From an uncultured Spirochaetota bacterium (GTDB taxonomy: Bacteria > Spirochaetota > Spirochaetia > SZUA-6 > Fen-1364): 64,000 nt of DNA. The notes beneath the pieces were generated by a model. It saw only the letters and a list, made by a program, of their open reading frames with translations, had not been told where the DNA came from and ran no database searches. Shown piece by piece: positions 1-9,188 of this stretch; the stretch's first letter is position 1; the number at the start of each line of letters is the position of its first letter. A program made the position numbers and the translations under genes. The DNA is taken from contig CAWAHW010000004.1 in NCBI GenBank assembly GCA_963781885.1, forward strand, positions 256,001 through 320,000, given 5' to 3'.

Positions 1-1009
1 ACCACAGGGACACATTGACCAGTCCGAGCATGACCGGCACCTCCACCAGGGGACCGATCACCGCCGCGAATGCCGCGCCGGAACCGATGCCAAACACGGC
101 CACCGAAACGGCAATCGCCAGCTCGAAGTTGTTGCTCCCCGCAGTGAAGGAGAGGGTGGCCGTCCGCGCGTAGCCTGTCCCGATCGCCCGGCTCATGAAG
201 AAGCTCACGAAGAACATGACGGTGAAATAGATCAGTAGGGGAATGGCGATCCGCAGGACATCCAGAGGGATCTGGACGATCAGGTTCCCCTTGAGGCTGA
301 ACATGACGACGATCGTGAAGAGCAGCGCCGCAAGGGTGATCGGGCTGATCCGGGGAATGAAGCGGGCGTGATACCACTCCCTCCCCCGGACCCTCACGAG
401 GATGAGACGCGTCAGCAGTCCCGCGAGGAAAGGTATTCCAAGATAGATGAACACGCTTTTCGCGATCTGGGCGATGGAGACATTGACCGTGGCGCCCTGG
501 AGGCCGAATACGGGCAGCAGCACGGTGATGAAAATCCATGCATACAGGCTGTAGAAGAGAACCTGGAAAATGCTGTTGAACGCCACCAACCCGGCGGCGT
601 ATTCCGTGTCGCCTTTCGCGAGCTCGTTCCAGACGATGACCATTGCGATGCACCGCGCGAGACCGATCATGATCAGGCCCGTCATGTAGGCGGGATATCC
701 CCGGAGGAAGATGATGGCCAGTGCGAACATGAGGATCGGACCGATGATCCAGTTCTGCACGAGGGAGAGACCCAGCACCTTCCAGTTTTTGAAGACGTCG
801 CCGAGCTCTTCATAGCGAACCTTGGCAAGCGGCGGATACATCATGAGGATGAGGCCGACGGCGATGGGGATATTCGTCGTTCCCACCTGGAAGCGGTTGA
901 TGAACGACGCCACCCCGGGAATCCTCCAGCCCAGAACCACGCCCACCGCCATCGCGAGGAATATCCAGAGCGTGAGAAAGCGATCGAGGAAAGAAAGTCG
1001 ACCGGTCAC
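1..1009 (-). CDS. acr3: ACR3-family arsenite efflux transporter (3' end runs off the window)
   Basis: Manual translation from GTG at 1009: [21 protein letters not shown]..., with [33 protein letters not shown] and GPLVEVP motifs. GTGA overlap with the arsM stop. Absent from the ORF track because its stop lies outside the window. Confidence 0.95.
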   Translation of the reverse strand, partial: MTGRLSFLDRFLTLWIFLAMAVGVVLGWRIPGVASFINRFQVGTTNIPIAVGLILMMYPPLAKVRYEELGDVFKNWKVLGLSLVQNWIIGPILMFALAIIFLRGYPAYMTGLIMIGLARCIAMVIVWNELAKGDTEYAAGLVAFNSIFQVLFYSLYAWIFITVLLPVFGLQGATVNVSIAQIAKSVFIYLGIPFLAGLLTRLILVRVRGREWYHARFIPRISPITLAALLFTIVVMFSLKGNLIVQIPLDVLRIAIPLLIYFTVMFFVSFFMSRAIGTGYARTATLSFTAGSNNFELAIAVSVAVFGIGSGAAFAAVIGPLVEVPVMLGLVNVSLW

Positions 1010-1771
1010 GGTTTCACGGCCTCGATCGTCGCGGACAGGACGTAGTTCTCAATTCCTTTGCCCGGCACCCAATCCTTCACGAAGCTGCGGCTCTCTTCCT
1101 TGGGATCGATGCGGATTCCGGTGAATCCCGCGGCCTCGATCATCGCGGCAAGCTCGTCGACGGGTGAGGCTCCGGCAACGCACGCCGAATAGGAAGCGAG
1201 ATCGCCCTGCAGCCCGTCGGGGAGCCTGCCTGACGCCACCATGTCTGAAACAGCAAGACGGCCGCCGCTTTTCAGCACGCGAAATGCCTCGCGGAATACC
1301 TGCGGCTTGTCCGGTGAGAGATTGATCACGCAGTTGGAAATAATGACGTCCACGGAGGCATCCGCGACGGGAAGGTGCTCGATCTCACCCAGGCGGAACT
1401 CGACATTTCGGTACATCGATTTCGCCGCGTTTGCGCGGGCGAGGGAGACCATTTCATGCGTCATGTCCACGCCGATCACCCTGCCTGTTCTCCCCTACCG
1501 ATCGGGCGGCCAGGAAGCAATCGAAACCGCCGCCGCTGCCCAGGTCCAGAACGGTCTCACCTGGTTTCAGGGAAGCGATCGCCTGGGGGTTTCCGCATCC
1601 CAGCCCCAGGTTGGCGCCTTCAGGAGCGACGGCCATTTCCTCGGCCGTGTAGCCAAGGGCGGAGGTGCCGCAGGACGACCCGCATCCGCATTCGCTGCCT
1701 TGCTTGTTCGCCACCGCACCATAACGATCGCGGACCGATGTCCGTATCTCTTCCGCGCTGAACTTCTGCAT
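1006..1771 (-). CDS. arsM: Arsenite S-adenosylmethionine methyltransferase (apparent +1 frameshift near 1488)
   Basis: ORFs 1454..1771 ([21 protein letters not shown]) and 1006..1479 ([26 protein letters not shown]) join if one A is removed from GAGAACA. AGGAGG RBS upstream. Confidence 0.93.
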
Positions 1772-1790
1772 GATGCACCTCCTGCAGCTA

Positions 1791-1816
1791 TATTACTTTA
1801 TGAGTATACAGTAATA
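1791..1816. promoter_or_regulatory. Probable ArsR operator upstream of arsM
   Basis: Inverted repeat TATTACTTTAT-GAGT-ATACAGTAATA (10/11 arms). The half-site ATACAGTAATA recurs at 2177-2187, at the arsR start. Confidence 0.65.
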
Positions 1817-1836
1817 CCGTTGCGGCGTCAAGAAAC

Positions 1837-2178
1837 TTAGTCGCAGCCGGGCGAGGTGGCAAGCCTCTTTGCAAGCCGGGCGCGGTCCGATTCCCACTGG
1901 GGGTCCGCGTGGATCGTCTTGCACAGCGCATCCACGACCGGTCCGTAAGGCTTGGGCAGTGGTGCGCGGGAGTAGTAGGTGAAAAGGGCCTTCTTTTCGG
2001 CCGTCACGATGCCCGCGTGGCGGAGCGTCGCAAGGTGCCGGCTCAGGTTGGATTGATTGAGCTTCAGGATGCTTTCAAGGTCGCACACGCAGAGGGTCTG
2101 CTCATGGAGCAGATTGAGAATGCGCAGCCGATTCGTGTCCGCCAGGGCCTTCAACACTTCCGAGATGTCCATGCTCAT
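1837..2178 (-). CDS. arsR: ArsR/SmtB-family transcriptional repressor
   Basis: LKALADTNRLRILNLL...LCVCDL...QSNLSRHLATLRHAGIV. Start at ATG 2178 or 2172. Confidence 0.92.
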   Translation of the reverse strand: MSMDISEVLKALADTNRLRILNLLHEQTLCVCDLESILKLNQSNLSRHLATLRHAGIVTAEKKALFTYYSRAPLPKPYGPVVDALCKTIHADPQWESDRARLAKRLATSPGCD

Positions 2179-2235
2179 ACAGTAATATAGAACGGGGCCT
2201 CCGGGAAGGAGAGCGCGCGCGGTCTGAAAAAGCGC

Positions 2236-2275
2236 TTGACACATTGCCTGATTGTTTGTAATATACAAATATTGT
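2236..2275 (+). promoter_or_regulatory. Sigma70 promoter of marR with an overlapping operator
   Basis: TTGACA (2236-2241), 17 nt, TAATAT (2259-2264). TTTGTA-ATA-TACAAA palindrome and the 15-mer ATATACAAATATTGT overlap the -10. Confidence 0.7.
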
Positions 2276-2287
2276 CATGGTGAACGA

Positions 2288-2761
2288 ATGACGACGACGG
2301 GACAGAGAGAGGCGGATTCAGCGGTCGATGCCATGCAGGGGCAGCTTTGGCGACTCCTGCGCGTTCTGGAGCACATCGACCAGGAGTTCTTGAGCCGATA
2401 CGGCGTGACAACGTCTCAGGGGGAGGCGCTGCTGGCTTTCTCCGACGAATCCCGCGCGAGCATGAATGAGCTGAGCCGGACTCTGGGCCTGGCCAACAGC
2501 ACCATGACCCGCATGGTGGAAAACCTTGTTGGCAGGGGGCTCGTGCGCCGTGCGGAGGACGACCAGGACCGCCGCATCGTGCGCGTTGCGCTCACCGCGG
2601 AGGGACGGAAGCTCCAGGGCTCCCTGAAGGAAGCCAGGCGGGAGATCCAGCGGCTCATCCTTGCGGAGATCCGTGTGGAGGACAGGAGCACGGTGCTGGA
2701 AGTCCTCCAGAAGCTGAATACGGCGAGTGAGAAAGCCCTGCGGACCTGCTGCGGGGAGTGA
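2288..2761 (+). CDS. MarR-family transcriptional regulator with C-terminal Cys-Cys
   Basis: SMNELSRTLGLANSTMTRMVENLVGRGLVRR..DQDRRIVRVALTAEG is a MarR winged helix. Ends in RTCCGE. Confidence 0.9.
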   Translation: MTTTGQREADSAVDAMQGQLWRLLRVLEHIDQEFLSRYGVTTSQGEALLAFSDESRASMNELSRTLGLANSTMTRMVENLVGRGLVRRAEDDQDRRIVRVALTAEGRKLQGSLKEARREIQRLILAEIRVEDRSTVLEVLQKLNTASEKALRTCCGE

Positions 2762-2784
2762 CTCTCTTTTTTTCGGTTTTATTA

Positions 2785-2809
2785 CGTATATACAAATATT
2801 GTATATACG
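2785..2809. promoter_or_regulatory. Perfect palindromic operator upstream of the arsD-like gene
   Basis: CGTATATACAA-ATA-TTGTATATACG. Contains the same 15-mer as the marR promoter. Confidence 0.7.
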
Positions 2810-2826
2810 AATCATAGGAGGGAAAG

Positions 2827-3192
2827 ATGGATCACAAGGGTCGTGGAGAAGGTTCAGGGGAGGCAGTGCACGCGGGGGTCGTCATCCTGTCGGGTGCGTG
2901 CTGCAATCCCTCGATGGGCGGCCTGGACGAAAAAGCCAGGCAGGTGGTCGAGCGCGCGGCAGCAGAAACGGGCGTGAAGGTGCAGGTGAGCCTTCAGCCC
3001 ATGTCGGCGGCGCTCTACGGAGGCGTACCGAAGGACGTTGTCGCGCAGCTCAAAAGCGACAACGAATCAGGCGGCCTGCGCATGCCCGTCGTAATGATCA
3101 ACGGGAAAGCCGTGTCCTATGGCATGCCGGATGCGGCGCGAATTACCGCTGCCCTTCGCGAGCTGGCGGCTGCAAAGCCCGCGGTGATGTAG
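2827..3192 (+). CDS. ArsD-like thioredoxin-fold metalloid chaperone
   Basis: VILSGACCNP near the N-terminus and MPVVMINGKAVSYGMP near the C-terminus resemble ArsD. Lies immediately upstream of arsA, with a GGAGG RBS. Confidence 0.65.
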   Translation: MDHKGRGEGSGEAVHAGVVILSGACCNPSMGGLDEKARQVVERAAAETGVKVQVSLQPMSAALYGGVPKDVVAQLKSDNESGGLRMPVVMINGKAVSYGMPDAARITAALRELAAAKPAVM

Positions 3193-3202
3193 GGACAGCC
3201 GC

Positions 3203-4138
3203 ATGGAAACATTCGACAGGCTCCTGGCTCCGAACGGCGCGACACGGTACCTCTTCTTCGGAGGCAAAGGCGGGGTCGGCAAGACCACGATGGCGACCGC
3301 CACGGCGGTCTGGTTCGCCGACCAGGGATACAGGACCACCATCGTCTCCACGGATCCGACGGTCAGCCTCTCCGTCATGTTCGGACAGCAGATCGGCGGC
3401 AGCGAACGGACACCCATCAGCCGGGTTGCCAACCTGCGCGGATTGAACATCAATCCCAACGACGCCCGCGGCGTCTTCCAGTCGCGTCTGAACAGCATCA
3501 CGGGCCAGATGAACGAAACATTCGGCGACGGCGTGATCGCCACCCCGTGCGCGGAGGAGATGGCCACGTTCGACCAGTTCGTCACGTTCCTGGACGAGCC
3601 GGACGCGGACGTGATCGTCTTCGATACGGCGCCAACCGGCAAGAGCTTGCGAGAGCTGGCCATGCCATTCGATTGGGCGGGCTTTCTGCAGAAGCAGGTG
3701 CGGGACGGAAAAAAGATGGCAGAGCTGATGCGCATGGGCGAGGATTCCCTGGCGAATCTCGACAAGGACAGGCTGCGCTACGAGCATGCCCTTTCCGTGC
3801 TCCGCAGCGAGGCGACGACTGTCTTCAGTCTTGTCCTCATACCGGAAAAGCTGCCCATCGAGGAGACACACAGCGCGATTGCCGGTCTTGCCCGGCTGGG
3901 CATCCCCGTGCAGGCGCTGATTGTCAACCAATGCATCCAACCCGACGTCATCGAGGGTAACCGATTCCTGGCTTCCCGCGCGGAGGTGCAGGCACGGTAC
4001 CTCGAGCAGATCGAAGCCCGGTTCGGGAATCTCACGCGGGCCCGGCTGCCGCTGCTAAACAAGGACGTCTCGGAGCTCGACACCCTTCGCCTGGTAGGCG
4101 GGCTTCTCTACAAGAGTCCCGCTCCTGTTCACGCATGA
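3203..4138 (+). CDS. arsA: ArsA-family ATPase, single nucleotide-binding domain
   Basis: GGKGGVGKTT P-loop, STDP, ATPCAEE and DTAPTG motifs. 311 aa, about half of a canonical ArsA. Confidence 0.88.
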   Translation: METFDRLLAPNGATRYLFFGGKGGVGKTTMATATAVWFADQGYRTTIVSTDPTVSLSVMFGQQIGGSERTPISRVANLRGLNINPNDARGVFQSRLNSITGQMNETFGDGVIATPCAEEMATFDQFVTFLDEPDADVIVFDTAPTGKSLRELAMPFDWAGFLQKQVRDGKKMAELMRMGEDSLANLDKDRLRYEHALSVLRSEATTVFSLVLIPEKLPIEETHSAIAGLARLGIPVQALIVNQCIQPDVIEGNRFLASRAEVQARYLEQIEARFGNLTRARLPLLNKDVSELDTLRLVGGLLYKSPAPVHA

Positions 4139-4201
4139 CCGCGGCGCGAGTCCGCCGGTGGGAGCATTCCCGCCGGCGGCTGCCCGCGCCTCAACAAGGA
4201 G

Positions 4202-4790
4202 ATGACGATGAAACTGTCGCTTCCCGCGCAAACGATCCTGCTTCCCTCCCCCGTGCTCATCATTGGTACGTATGGCGCCGATGGCAGGCCGAATATGATG
4301 AACGCGGCCTGGGGTGGAATCGCATCAAGCGCTCCGCCCTGCATCAGCGTCTCTCTTCGGGAGGCGACGCTGAGCCATCACAACATCACGCAGACCGAGG
4401 CATTCACGGTGAATATTCCCTCCGAGAAATATCTCCGGGAGGCGGATTTCGTGGGCATGGTCGTCGGGACGGCAATGCGACAAATTCAAAGAGACCCACC
4501 TCACGCCGCAACGGAGCGCATTGGTGGATGCCCCCATCGTCAAAGAGTTTCCCTATTCTCTTGAATGCAAACTGTTCCGGCGCGTCGAGCTCGGCACGCA
4601 TACGATGTTCGTGGGAGAAATCGTCGGATTGGTTGCCGATGGCGAGGTTCTCAATCCAAGCGGGCTTCCCGACATCGAGAAGGTGCGGCCGATTCTGTGG
4701 GGCTCATTCGGCAGCATGGCCTACTACGGCATCGGCGCCAGGCTTGGCAATGCCTTCTCCGTGGGAAACGAAGTGAAAGAAAGGCGCTAG
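4202..4790 (+). CDS. Flavin reductase (flavoredoxin-like) family protein (apparent +1 frameshift near 4462)
   Basis: PSPVLIIGTYGADGRPNMMNAAWGG, then after removing one base VSGRQCDKF...VDAPIVKEFPYSLECK...GTHTMFVGEI. Confidence 0.85.
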
Positions 4791-4845
4791 CGGGCTGCCT
4801 GCCGCTTCTTCGCCGGTTGCGTGACCGTTGTTGAACGCTCGTCCT

Positions 4846-4880
4846 TCACCTTGACAAGGTGAGCGAGCGGACCTGAGAAT
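4846..4880 (+). promoter_or_regulatory. Putative promoter of the kinase gene with a palindrome over the -35
   Basis: TCACCTTG-A-CAAGGTGA contains TTGACA. GAGAAT lies 6 nt before ATG 4887. Confidence 0.45.
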
Positions 4881-4886
4881 CACACG

Positions 4887-6110
4887 ATGCTGGGATTCAC
4901 CCCGGAGCTCGCCATCCTCGGCGTCTCGGTCGTCTGCCATGGATTCGCCGTTCTGGAGTTTTTCCTCGCAGCACCTTCCCTCGGGCTCCCCCCGCAGTGG
5001 ACGTGGCAGTTTCTTTCCCTTGCCGGCGCGTCCTTCGCGGTCTCCGTCGCTGTCTGCCTGGCCGCGCGCAAGAGATACGCGTACCTCGCGCTCGTCGCCC
5101 AGCTCGCCTGCCTCCTCCTGATCGCGAGCCCCTCCCCCTCCCCGACGAGCATCGAAATCCTGCTCGGTGCCGTTCTGGTACTGGAGATCGCCTCGATCCT
5201 GCCGGCTCCGGCCCATGCCCTGGCGGGGGTGTTTGTCGTCTGTCTTCTCACCTTCATGCGCCGGCCAAGCCTTCTCTGGGGGCAGCAGACCGGAGGGAAA
5301 AGCCTGGGAGACCTTGTCCTCCTGGGCACCATGCTCTCCGTGATCCTCGTCACGGCCCTTCTCCTGCGGCGCGCGAGCTCGCGCCAGCGAGAGGCGGTGC
5401 GGGAGATTACGCACCTGGACGATGCCATCGATCGGATCGTGAACGTCAATGCCTCTTTCCAGGATGCCCTGGCGTCGATGGAATCGCAATCGAGCGCCCT
5501 GGAGCGAAAGAGGATTACGCGCGAGATACACGACATCGTCGGCTACACGCTCACCAACCAGCAGATGATGATCGAGGCCTCCCTTCTCCTCGCGGGTGGC
5601 AGCCCCGGTCGACTCACGGAGCTGCTCCTCATGGCAAAGGAGGGCGTCGCGGAGGGGCTCCAGGAGACGCGGAAGACCCTCTATGCGCTGCGATCGATCG
5701 GCGAGAGGGCGATACAGGACCTCAACCTGCTGCAGAAGGTGGCCACCACCTTCGAGCGCGTGACGGGAGTCCACGTCTCGATGGAGTTCACCAACATCAG
5801 GAACAGCTTCGACGAGCATACGCGCCTCACGCTCCATCGCCTGATCCAGGAAAGCCTCATCAATGCGCTCCGCCACGGCAAGGCCCGGAACGTGTCCGTC
5901 CATTTCTGGGAGGAGGACAACTGGATCAGCGTGACGATACAGGACGACGGGGTGGGCGCGCCGAACATCGAAGAGGGCATCGGGCTGAAAGGCATGCGGG
6001 AACGCGTCTCCACCCTCGGCGGGGAGCTCTTTGCAAGCAACGCGCCGGACGGTTTTCTCGTGCGCGTGCGTCTCCCCGCGGAAGCGCGTGAAAAGGAGAA
6101 CGCCGTATGA
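4887..6110 (+). CDS. Membrane sensor histidine kinase (HisKA_3 type)
   Basis: Hydrophobic N-terminus, ERKRITREIHDIVG H-box, QESLINALRHG, DDGVG, GIGLKGMRERV. Confidence 0.93.
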   Translation: MLGFTPELAILGVSVVCHGFAVLEFFLAAPSLGLPPQWTWQFLSLAGASFAVSVAVCLAARKRYAYLALVAQLACLLLIASPSPSPTSIEILLGAVLVLEIASILPAPAHALAGVFVVCLLTFMRRPSLLWGQQTGGKSLGDLVLLGTMLSVILVTALLLRRASSRQREAVREITHLDDAIDRIVNVNASFQDALASMESQSSALERKRITREIHDIVGYTLTNQQMMIEASLLLAGGSPGRLTELLLMAKEGVAEGLQETRKTLYALRSIGERAIQDLNLLQKVATTFERVTGVHVSMEFTNIRNSFDEHTRLTLHRLIQESLINALRHGKARNVSVHFWEEDNWISVTIQDDGVGAPNIEEGIGLKGMRERVSTLGGELFASNAPDGFLVRVRLPAEAREKENAV

Positions 6111-6775
6111 GCAGGATCCGCGTGCTCCTGGCTGATGACCAGGTGCTTTTCGTGGAAAGCCTCCGCACGGTCATCGAGCAATCCGCGAAGGACATCGAGG
6201 TGGTGGGCGTTGCGCACAACGGGGAAGAGGCGGTGGCCGAGGTGGAGAAACACGCACCCGACGTCGTCATCATGGACGTCCGCATGCCGGTCATGGACGG
6301 CGTGCAGGCGACCTCGAGGATACTCTCCCGCAACCCCGCCGTCCGCATCATGATGCTCACGACGTTCGGCGATGACGAGTACGTGAAGCAGGCTCTCGAG
6401 CTGGGCGCCATGGGATATCTCCTGAAGGACATCCCGCCCGCGGACCTCGTCTCGGCCATCCACGCAGTCTATGGCGGGGCCTTCCTGATTGCCCCCCAGG
6501 TCGCAAAGACCCTGATCAACAGGGCCTTCCACGTCCAGGGGCAGCGAACGCCCGAGCCGGAGTGGATGAGCCAGCTTTCGCGGCGCGAGCGGGAGATCCT
6601 GGAAAAGGTGGCGGCCGGGATGTCGAACAAGGAGATCGCCTCCGAGCTCCACATCGCGGAGCAGACCGTGCGAAACCACATCAGCATCATCTACGACAAG
6701 ATGGGGGTCCCGGACCGGCTCCATGCCATGCGGATGGTTCGCGACGGCCTGAAAAGCGACAGTACGAAATCGTGA
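6107..6775 (+). CDS. NarL/LuxR-family response regulator
   Basis: REC domain (LADD, MDVRMP, YLLK) plus HTH LSRREREIL...GMSNKEIA. ATGA overlap with the kinase. Confidence 0.95.
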   Translation: MSRIRVLLADDQVLFVESLRTVIEQSAKDIEVVGVAHNGEEAVAEVEKHAPDVVIMDVRMPVMDGVQATSRILSRNPAVRIMMLTTFGDDEYVKQALELGAMGYLLKDIPPADLVSAIHAVYGGAFLIAPQVAKTLINRAFHVQGQRTPEPEWMSQLSRREREILEKVAAGMSNKEIASELHIAEQTVRNHISIIYDKMGVPDRLHAMRMVRDGLKSDSTKS

Positions 6776-6856
6776 CAAATGTACCGCCTTGCGTCCATTG
6801 TGCCCGGTCACGGCGCGCCGTAGGCTTCCCGCAGCCTATCGTCAAGGAGGTTCCTT

Positions 6857-8128
6857 ATGATTCTTGCCAAACGAGCCAAGATCATGGTCCTGGTCCTGCT
6901 CGCGGCCGTGGCGATTTCCTCGGTGGCATCGGCACAGGCAAAGGTCCAGCTCACCCTGGGGTCCTGGCGCACGGATGACGTGGCGAACTGGAACACCATC
7001 CTCGCCGCGTTCAGCCAGAAATACCCCACCATCTCCATCAAGTTCGACCCGACCAATCCGCCCGACTACAATGCCACCCTGCGGCAGCAGTTCGAGGCCG
7101 GCATCGCCCCCGACCTCGCTTTTGCCCGCACCTACGACACGGGCATCAGCATGTTCAAGGACGGCTATTTTGCCGACGTCTCGGATCTGCCCGGCCTGAA
7201 GACCCAGTACGACGCAAACGCGCGGGCCCCCTGGGCGGACGAAAATGGAAAGTCGTTCGCCGTGCCGCTCGCCGCGGTGTCCCACGGCGTGTACTACAAC
7301 GTGGACATTTTCAAGAAATACAACATTGCCGTCCCGACCACGTGGGAGCAGTTCCTCGCGGTGTGCAAGAAGCTCCAGAGCGCCGGGGTCACCCCGATCG
7401 CGAACTCGCTCAAGGACCAGTGGGACGTCAACGAGGTATTCCTCATGAGCATCGCGCCGAACTTCATCGGCGGGCCGGACGGACGCAAGGCCTATGAAAA
7501 TGGGACGCGGAAGTTCAACGATGCACAGATCGTCGCGCTCTTCCAGGCCATGAAGGACTGCGCGCAGTACTGCCCGAAGGGCTTCGAAGCTCTCACCTAT
7601 AACGACTCCAGCTCCATATTCGCCACGGGACAGGCAGCGATGTACTTCGACGGGTCGTGGTCCATCACGAACTACAAGGACGTGCCGTTCGCATGGAGCG
7701 TTTTTGCGCCTCCTCCGCCCCAGGGAATGAAGCCCTACGTCTGCTTCCACATCGACGCCGGCCTCGCGATGAGCACAAAGACGAAATACCCCACCGAGGC
7801 ACGGACATTCCTCCAGTGGATCTATTCGGACGCGGCCGCGAGCACCATCGCCAACGGCCTGCCCACCGGCTTCTTCCCGATGGCGAAGAACGCCTCCAAG
7901 ATCAACGAGGTCCACGCCAACGCGTTCCTCCAGATGAACGTGGGCCGCGGAACGGACGTGCGCCTCACGTGGCCGAAGCTCATGACCTCCCCGTCCGGCG
8001 ACATCACCGGCTACAACCTGTTCGACCAGGCGACGATTTCTGTCATGACGGGAAAGATGACCCCCAAGGAGGCCGCTGACTCCGTCCAGACCGGTCTTGC
8101 CGTGTACTACCCGCCCCAGATGAAGTAA
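6857..8128 (+). CDS. Carbohydrate ABC transporter substrate-binding protein
   Basis: Signal peptide, YYNVDIFKKY..VPTTWEQF, AAMYFDGSW. AAGGAGG RBS. Confidence 0.92.
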   Translation: MILAKRAKIMVLVLLAAVAISSVASAQAKVQLTLGSWRTDDVANWNTILAAFSQKYPTISIKFDPTNPPDYNATLRQQFEAGIAPDLAFARTYDTGISMFKDGYFADVSDLPGLKTQYDANARAPWADENGKSFAVPLAAVSHGVYYNVDIFKKYNIAVPTTWEQFLAVCKKLQSAGVTPIANSLKDQWDVNEVFLMSIAPNFIGGPDGRKAYENGTRKFNDAQIVALFQAMKDCAQYCPKGFEALTYNDSSSIFATGQAAMYFDGSWSITNYKDVPFAWSVFAPPPPQGMKPYVCFHIDAGLAMSTKTKYPTEARTFLQWIYSDAAASTIANGLPTGFFPMAKNASKINEVHANAFLQMNVGRGTDVRLTWPKLMTSPSGDITGYNLFDQATISVMTGKMTPKEAADSVQTGLAVYYPPQMK

Positions 8129-8151
8129 GGCAACTCGTCGATTCACAACGC

Positions 8152-8176
8152 GGTAGGGGGGCATTGCTCCCCTACC
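8152..8176 (+). terminator. Stem-loop after the binding-protein gene (mRNA stabiliser or partial terminator)
   Basis: GGTAGGGGGGCA-T-TGCTCCCCTACC. Confidence 0.5.
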
Positions 8177-8207
8177 CATTCCGGGCAGAAGAAAGAGGAA
8201 GCCGGTC

Positions 8208-9188
8208 ATGCAGAGCGCACCAGCGGGTCGATTCCGATCGTACGGCGCAATCCGCGGAGTACCTCAGCTGGGGTGGATGCTCTACATTCTGCCGGCGCTC
8301 CTCGTCTACGTCGCGTTCATGGTTTACCCGGTCCTCAATTCCATGCGCCTGAGCTTCTATACGGGCTCCGGCTACCTGCTCACCAACTACGTCGGCTTCG
8401 ATAATTTCGTGAAATTGTTCAACGGGTCCGAGGCTTCGATCCGTTTCCTCAACGCCTTGAAGAATACCGGGATATTTTTTGCCATCCATATGCTGGTCCA
8501 GAATACTCTGGGGCTCCTCTTCGCGCTGCTCCTTTCGGGGCGCATCTTCCGCGGCCGCAGCATGTTCCGCACGATCATCTTCATCCCTGCCACGCTCTCC
8601 CCCCTGGTCACGGGCTACGTCTGGCAGCTCATCCTCAATCCCAACTGGGGGGCCCTGAACAAGTTTCTCACGGCAATCGGGCTGGGGTCCCTCGCGCTGC
8701 CCTGGTTGGGCAATACCAATACCGCGCTCCCGGTCGTCTCCCTCGTCTCCTCCTGGCAGTGGGTGGGCCTGCCCACGATGATTTTCCTCGCGGGTCTGGA
8801 CCGCATCTCGCGCGAGCTCTTCGAAGCGGCGGAGATAGACGGCGCCACGCACTGGCAGCTCGTCCGCCTTATCAAGCTGCCGCTCATCCTGCCGATCATC
8901 GGCATCGTTTCCATCCTCACCTTTGTCGGCAACTTCAACGCATTTGACGGCATCTATGCCCTGGAGGGCGCCGACGGGCAGCCCCTGTATTCCACCGACG
9001 TGATGGGCACATTCTTCTACAGAACAGGCATCGCGGGGCAGCACCCCGCCGGCATCCCCGATATGGGTCTGGGCGCCGCGGTCGCCACGCTCACCTTCAT
9101 CGTGCTGATCGTGGGGATACTCGTCGCCGGACGGCTCACCCAGGCGCGGGACGAATCGCTTTCAGGCAGAAGGATCGTGCGGCCATGA
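8208..9188 (+). CDS. Carbohydrate ABC transporter permease
   Basis: EAA loop ELFEAAEIDGA and several TM helices. The start may lie slightly downstream. Confidence 0.92.
   Translation: MQSAPAGRFRSYGAIRGVPQLGWMLYILPALLVYVAFMVYPVLNSMRLSFYTGSGYLLTNYVGFDNFVKLFNGSEASIRFLNALKNTGIFFAIHMLVQNTLGLLFALLLSGRIFRGRSMFRTIIFIPATLSPLVTGYVWQLILNPNWGALNKFLTAIGLGSLALPWLGNTNTALPVVSLVSSWQWVGLPTMIFLAGLDRISRELFEAAEIDGATHWQLVRLIKLPLILPIIGIVSILTFVGNFNAFDGIYALEGADGQPLYSTDVMGTFFYRTGIAGQHPAGIPDMGLGAAVATLTFIVLIVGILVAGRLTQARDESLSGRRIVRP

Noticed and set aside
368-1045. 225-aa plus-strand ORF and the many other long antisense ORFs (e.g. 13840..15576, 41036..43711, 48136..49884, 51424..53091)
   Set aside because: Shadow ORFs expected in high-GC DNA, lying opposite genes with clear family motifs.
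1480-1495. Programmed ribosomal frameshifting at the split genes
   Set aside because: No slippery heptamers or stimulatory structures, and six unrelated genes show the same +1 pattern.
2750-2785. Selenocysteine readthrough of the MarR TGA after CCGE
   Set aside because: The TGA is followed by a T-rich tract and the operator, not a SECIS-like hairpin or protein-like continuation.
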